Source of the DNA: a bacterium
GTDB lineage: Bacteria; Margulisbacteria; WOR-1; O2-12-FULL-45-9; XYB2-FULL-48-7
DNA: 59,595 bases
Reading direction: 5' to 3'
NCBI GenBank assembly: GCA_043812655.1
Contig: JBDRLW010000018.1
Location: 1 to 59,595 of the forward strand
Notes under the pieces: generated by a model
What the model was told of the DNA's origin: nothing
Seen by the model: only the letters and a program-made list of their open reading frames with translations
Database searches by the model: none
Shown: one piece after another, positions 57,632-59,595 of the stretch
How positions within the stretch are numbered: the first letter of the stretch is position 1
Layout: every line of letters begins with the position of its first letter
Translations under genes and position numbers: made by a program

Positions 57632-58640
57632 TCTTTACTCCTTTAACAATGGCGGCGGCCACCTTTTGCCGGAACGGTTCGGAGCAGGCCAGTGAATCCT
57701 CATCGCTATAAGTCAAGTAGACCGGTTCCAGCAAGACCGACGGGATATCAATGTTTTTTACGACATAAAATGGGACCCGATGGAGCCCCCGGTCACGCCG
57801 TCTAATTCCCCGGACGACCGCTTTGTGCATAGTTTGGGCAAAGCGTTGGCTGGTCAGGTTATAATAGTACGTTTCTGTTCCGCCGATCTTACTGCTGTAA
57901 TTAGAATTATAATGGATAGAGATGAAAATGTCAGCGCCCGACCTATTAGCGTATTTGACGATCTCCTGGAGCCTCCCGCGCCGGTCTTCGTTCCTGGTTA
58001 AATAGACAGTTGCCCCTTCTTCCCGGAAAAATTTGGCCGCCAGCTGGGCGGTTTTTAAAGTTAAAGTCTTTTCCTTAACTTTTGAACAAGAAAGGGCGCC
58101 TGGGTCGTCTCCCCCATGGCCCGGATCGAGGATTATTTTTTTGCCGCGGAGCGTCTGGCCTTTTAGCGGAGAGAATTTCACCGGTTTTAGCGGTAAACCC
58201 CGTTTTTTTACCTCAACCGATTCCCAAGCGAGTTGGCGGCTGGAGAGATCATCCAAGCGGTCGCCGATCTCGATCACCGATTTACCTTTGCCAAAAACAT
58301 TAACTATATCGTAATCAATTTTTTTCTTTAAAGTAATAATTAAGCGAGTGGTGTTGGCGTCTTTTTTGGTAACCTTGATCGCGGCGATCCGATTTGACTT
58401 TCTTTTAATGACTTTGATCTTGGGGCTAGCTTTAGCTGACGGAAAATCGATATACAATTTATTTTCAAGTAATATTCCCTGGGCTTCAGACCAGCCAGTG
58501 GTATAGACATCAAGATAGTCGTAACCGCGGTCGATCGTGTGTTCGACCTGGGTGAGGGAAACTGTTTCGGCCAATGACGAATGGCTAAAGACCAATGACG
58601 AATTAATGATTAGTAATATAAGGAAGACAAAAGCCCTCAC
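57612..58640 (-). CDS. N-acetylmuramoyl-L-alanine amidase (Amidase_3) with AMIN-like domain
   Basis: ILDPGHGG, KEK, FISIHYN, SVLLE; signal peptide follows GTG 58640 (alternative ATG 58751 reads through REP-like repeats). Confidence 0.9.
   Translation of the reverse strand: MRAFVFLILLIINSSLVFSHSSLAETVSLTQVEHTIDRGYDYLDVYTTGWSEAQGILLENKLYIDFPSAKASPKIKVIKRKSNRIAAIKVTKKDANTTRLIITLKKKIDYDIVNVFGKGKSVIEIGDRLDDLSSRQLAWESVEVKKRGLPLKPVKFSPLKGQTLRGKKIILDPGHGGDDPGALSCSKVKEKTLTLKTAQLAAKFFREEGATVYLTRNEDRRGRLQEIVKYANRSGADIFISIHYNSNYSSKIGGTETYYYNLTSQRFAQTMHKAVVRGIRRRDRGLHRVPFYVVKNIDIPSVLLEPVYLTYSDEDSLACSEPFRQKVAAAIVKGVKNYFRNK
58571..58605. repeat. Degenerate heptamer array (CnAATGA) in the amidase signal peptide
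   Basis: CCAATGA CGAATGG CTAAAGA CCAATGA CGAATTA. Confidence 0.6.
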
Positions 58641-58736
58641 CCCTAGCCCCTCTCCCATAGGGAGAGGGGTAGTCTTTTCTTTTTCGATTGTTAATACTCC
58701 CCCTCTCCTCTTGGGAGAGGGGGCAGGGGGTGAGGG
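58634..58736. repeat. Two inverted copies of the CCCCTCTCC..GGAGAGGGG REP-like palindrome
   Basis: 58634-58670 forward and 58699-58736 reverse; match 19427-19466. Confidence 0.85.
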
Positions 58737-58743
58737 TTTCAAA

Positions 58744-59595
58744 TCATTCATGCTTCTTTATTAAGGCCAGAAGTATTTCTCTTGTGTTGAGTGCGGGATC
58801 ATCGAGGACTTTTTCGAGGAGCGCGTCTAAAATTTCGCCGACTTTGGGCCCTGGCTTGACCTTTAAGGCCTCCATGACATCAAGTCCGTTGACTTTTAGG
58901 TCGCGGATATGGAGCGCGTTCTCTTCGGCGATGATCTTATCGATCCGCTTTTGTAACTCGACCAAATAATCGCTCCCGACCGTCAACTTCATCGCCTTGG
59001 TATCGGACCGCCTCAGGGCGAATAGATCGCCCACGTTTTCTACTCCGCCGATCCGCCGAATAAAGCGCCGAACCGCCGAGTCGCTCCACTTATTTGAATA
59101 ATCGAACATATGATTAGCAACGAGGTTGACGACCTTATCTGTATCGCTGGCGCTAAATTTCAACCGTTTCATGAGCTTCTCTACCATTTTGGCTCCGGCC
59201 TGATCATGATTATAAAAAGTATGATCGACTTTACAGCTTGGTTTGCCCAGATCGTGAAAAAGAGCCGCCAACCTGACGCTAAGATTATTTATTGGTGCAG
59301 CGTCGCAAGAATATAAGCTGTGCCAATAGACGTCGTGAGGGTGGAATTCCGGCGGCTGGGCGACGCCAAAACAGGCGTCAAGCTCTGGCAGGACGATCTT
59401 TAATAGACCCGACTGGCGCATCAGTTCGAGGCCGACCGAAGGCTTATTGGCCGAGAGCATTTTTATCAACTCATCGTGGACCCTTTCGGCGGCAACTTTT
59501 TGGAAAACCGGCAAGGTTTGGCTGATCGCGGCCATGGTGGCTGGTTCGACCTGGAAATTCAACTGGGCGGCAAAACGGCAGGCGCGCAGGGGCCT
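58744..59595 (-). CDS. cca: CCA-adding enzyme/poly(A) polymerase family protein with HD domain (3' part; 5' end outside window)
   Basis: LRACRFAAQL, ERVHDELIKML, FHPHDVYWHSL, LFHDLGKP, VNGLDVM...PGPKVG. Confidence 0.88.
   Translation of the reverse strand, partial: RPLRACRFAAQLNFQVEPATMAAISQTLPVFQKVAAERVHDELIKMLSANKPSVGLELMRQSGLLKIVLPELDACFGVAQPPEFHPHDVYWHSLYSCDAAPINNLSVRLAALFHDLGKPSCKVDHTFYNHDQAGAKMVEKLMKRLKFSASDTDKVVNLVANHMFDYSNKWSDSAVRRFIRRIGGVENVGDLFALRRSDTKAMKLTVGSDYLVELQKRIDKIIAEENALHIRDLKVNGLDVMEALKVKPGPKVGEILDALLEKVLDDPALNTREILLALIKKHE

Noticed and set aside
1..59595. tRNA, rRNA, prophage, integrase or IS elements
   Set aside because: No cloverleaf, rRNA-like stretch or recombinase/transposase motif recognised by eye; a tRNAscan/Infernal run would be the definitive check.

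Overview
Bacterial chromosomal segment, mostly housekeeping: dxr (partial), ilvC/ilvN/ilvB/ilvD, aroC, rpsP-khpA-ylqD-trmD-SPOUT MTase-rplS-lepB-rnhB-hup-yraN-comM, tamB-Omp85-rsmG-parA-parB, gmk-rpoZ-coaBC-priA-def-[GH130/GT4]-fmt, nrdR-nrdD-nrdD-thioredoxin-like, ispH, and cca(partial)-amidase-murI-queD-dapF-dapL. Gene content (diderm Omp85/TamB, YlqD, DapL, AMIN-like domains, class III RNR) suggests an anaerobe from a non-photosynthetic sister lineage of Cyanobacteria such as Ca. Saganbacteria/Margulisbacteria; this is inference, not a database result. I found no rRNA, tRNA, CRISPR array, integrase or transposase. Most notable observations: (1) scattered plus-strand orphan genes and a candidate ~70-nt sRNA share a sigma28/SigD-like promoter (GAAA-N15-nnCGATA); (2) two intact tandem class III RNR paralogues diverge mainly in the predicted specificity/dimer region; (3) several short-repeat and palindrome families occur both between genes and inside essential genes; (4) a decayed copy of the dxr 5' end brackets a HEPN-MNT module; (5) murI has no canonical start codon; (6) the HIP1 octamer GCGATCGC is enriched.
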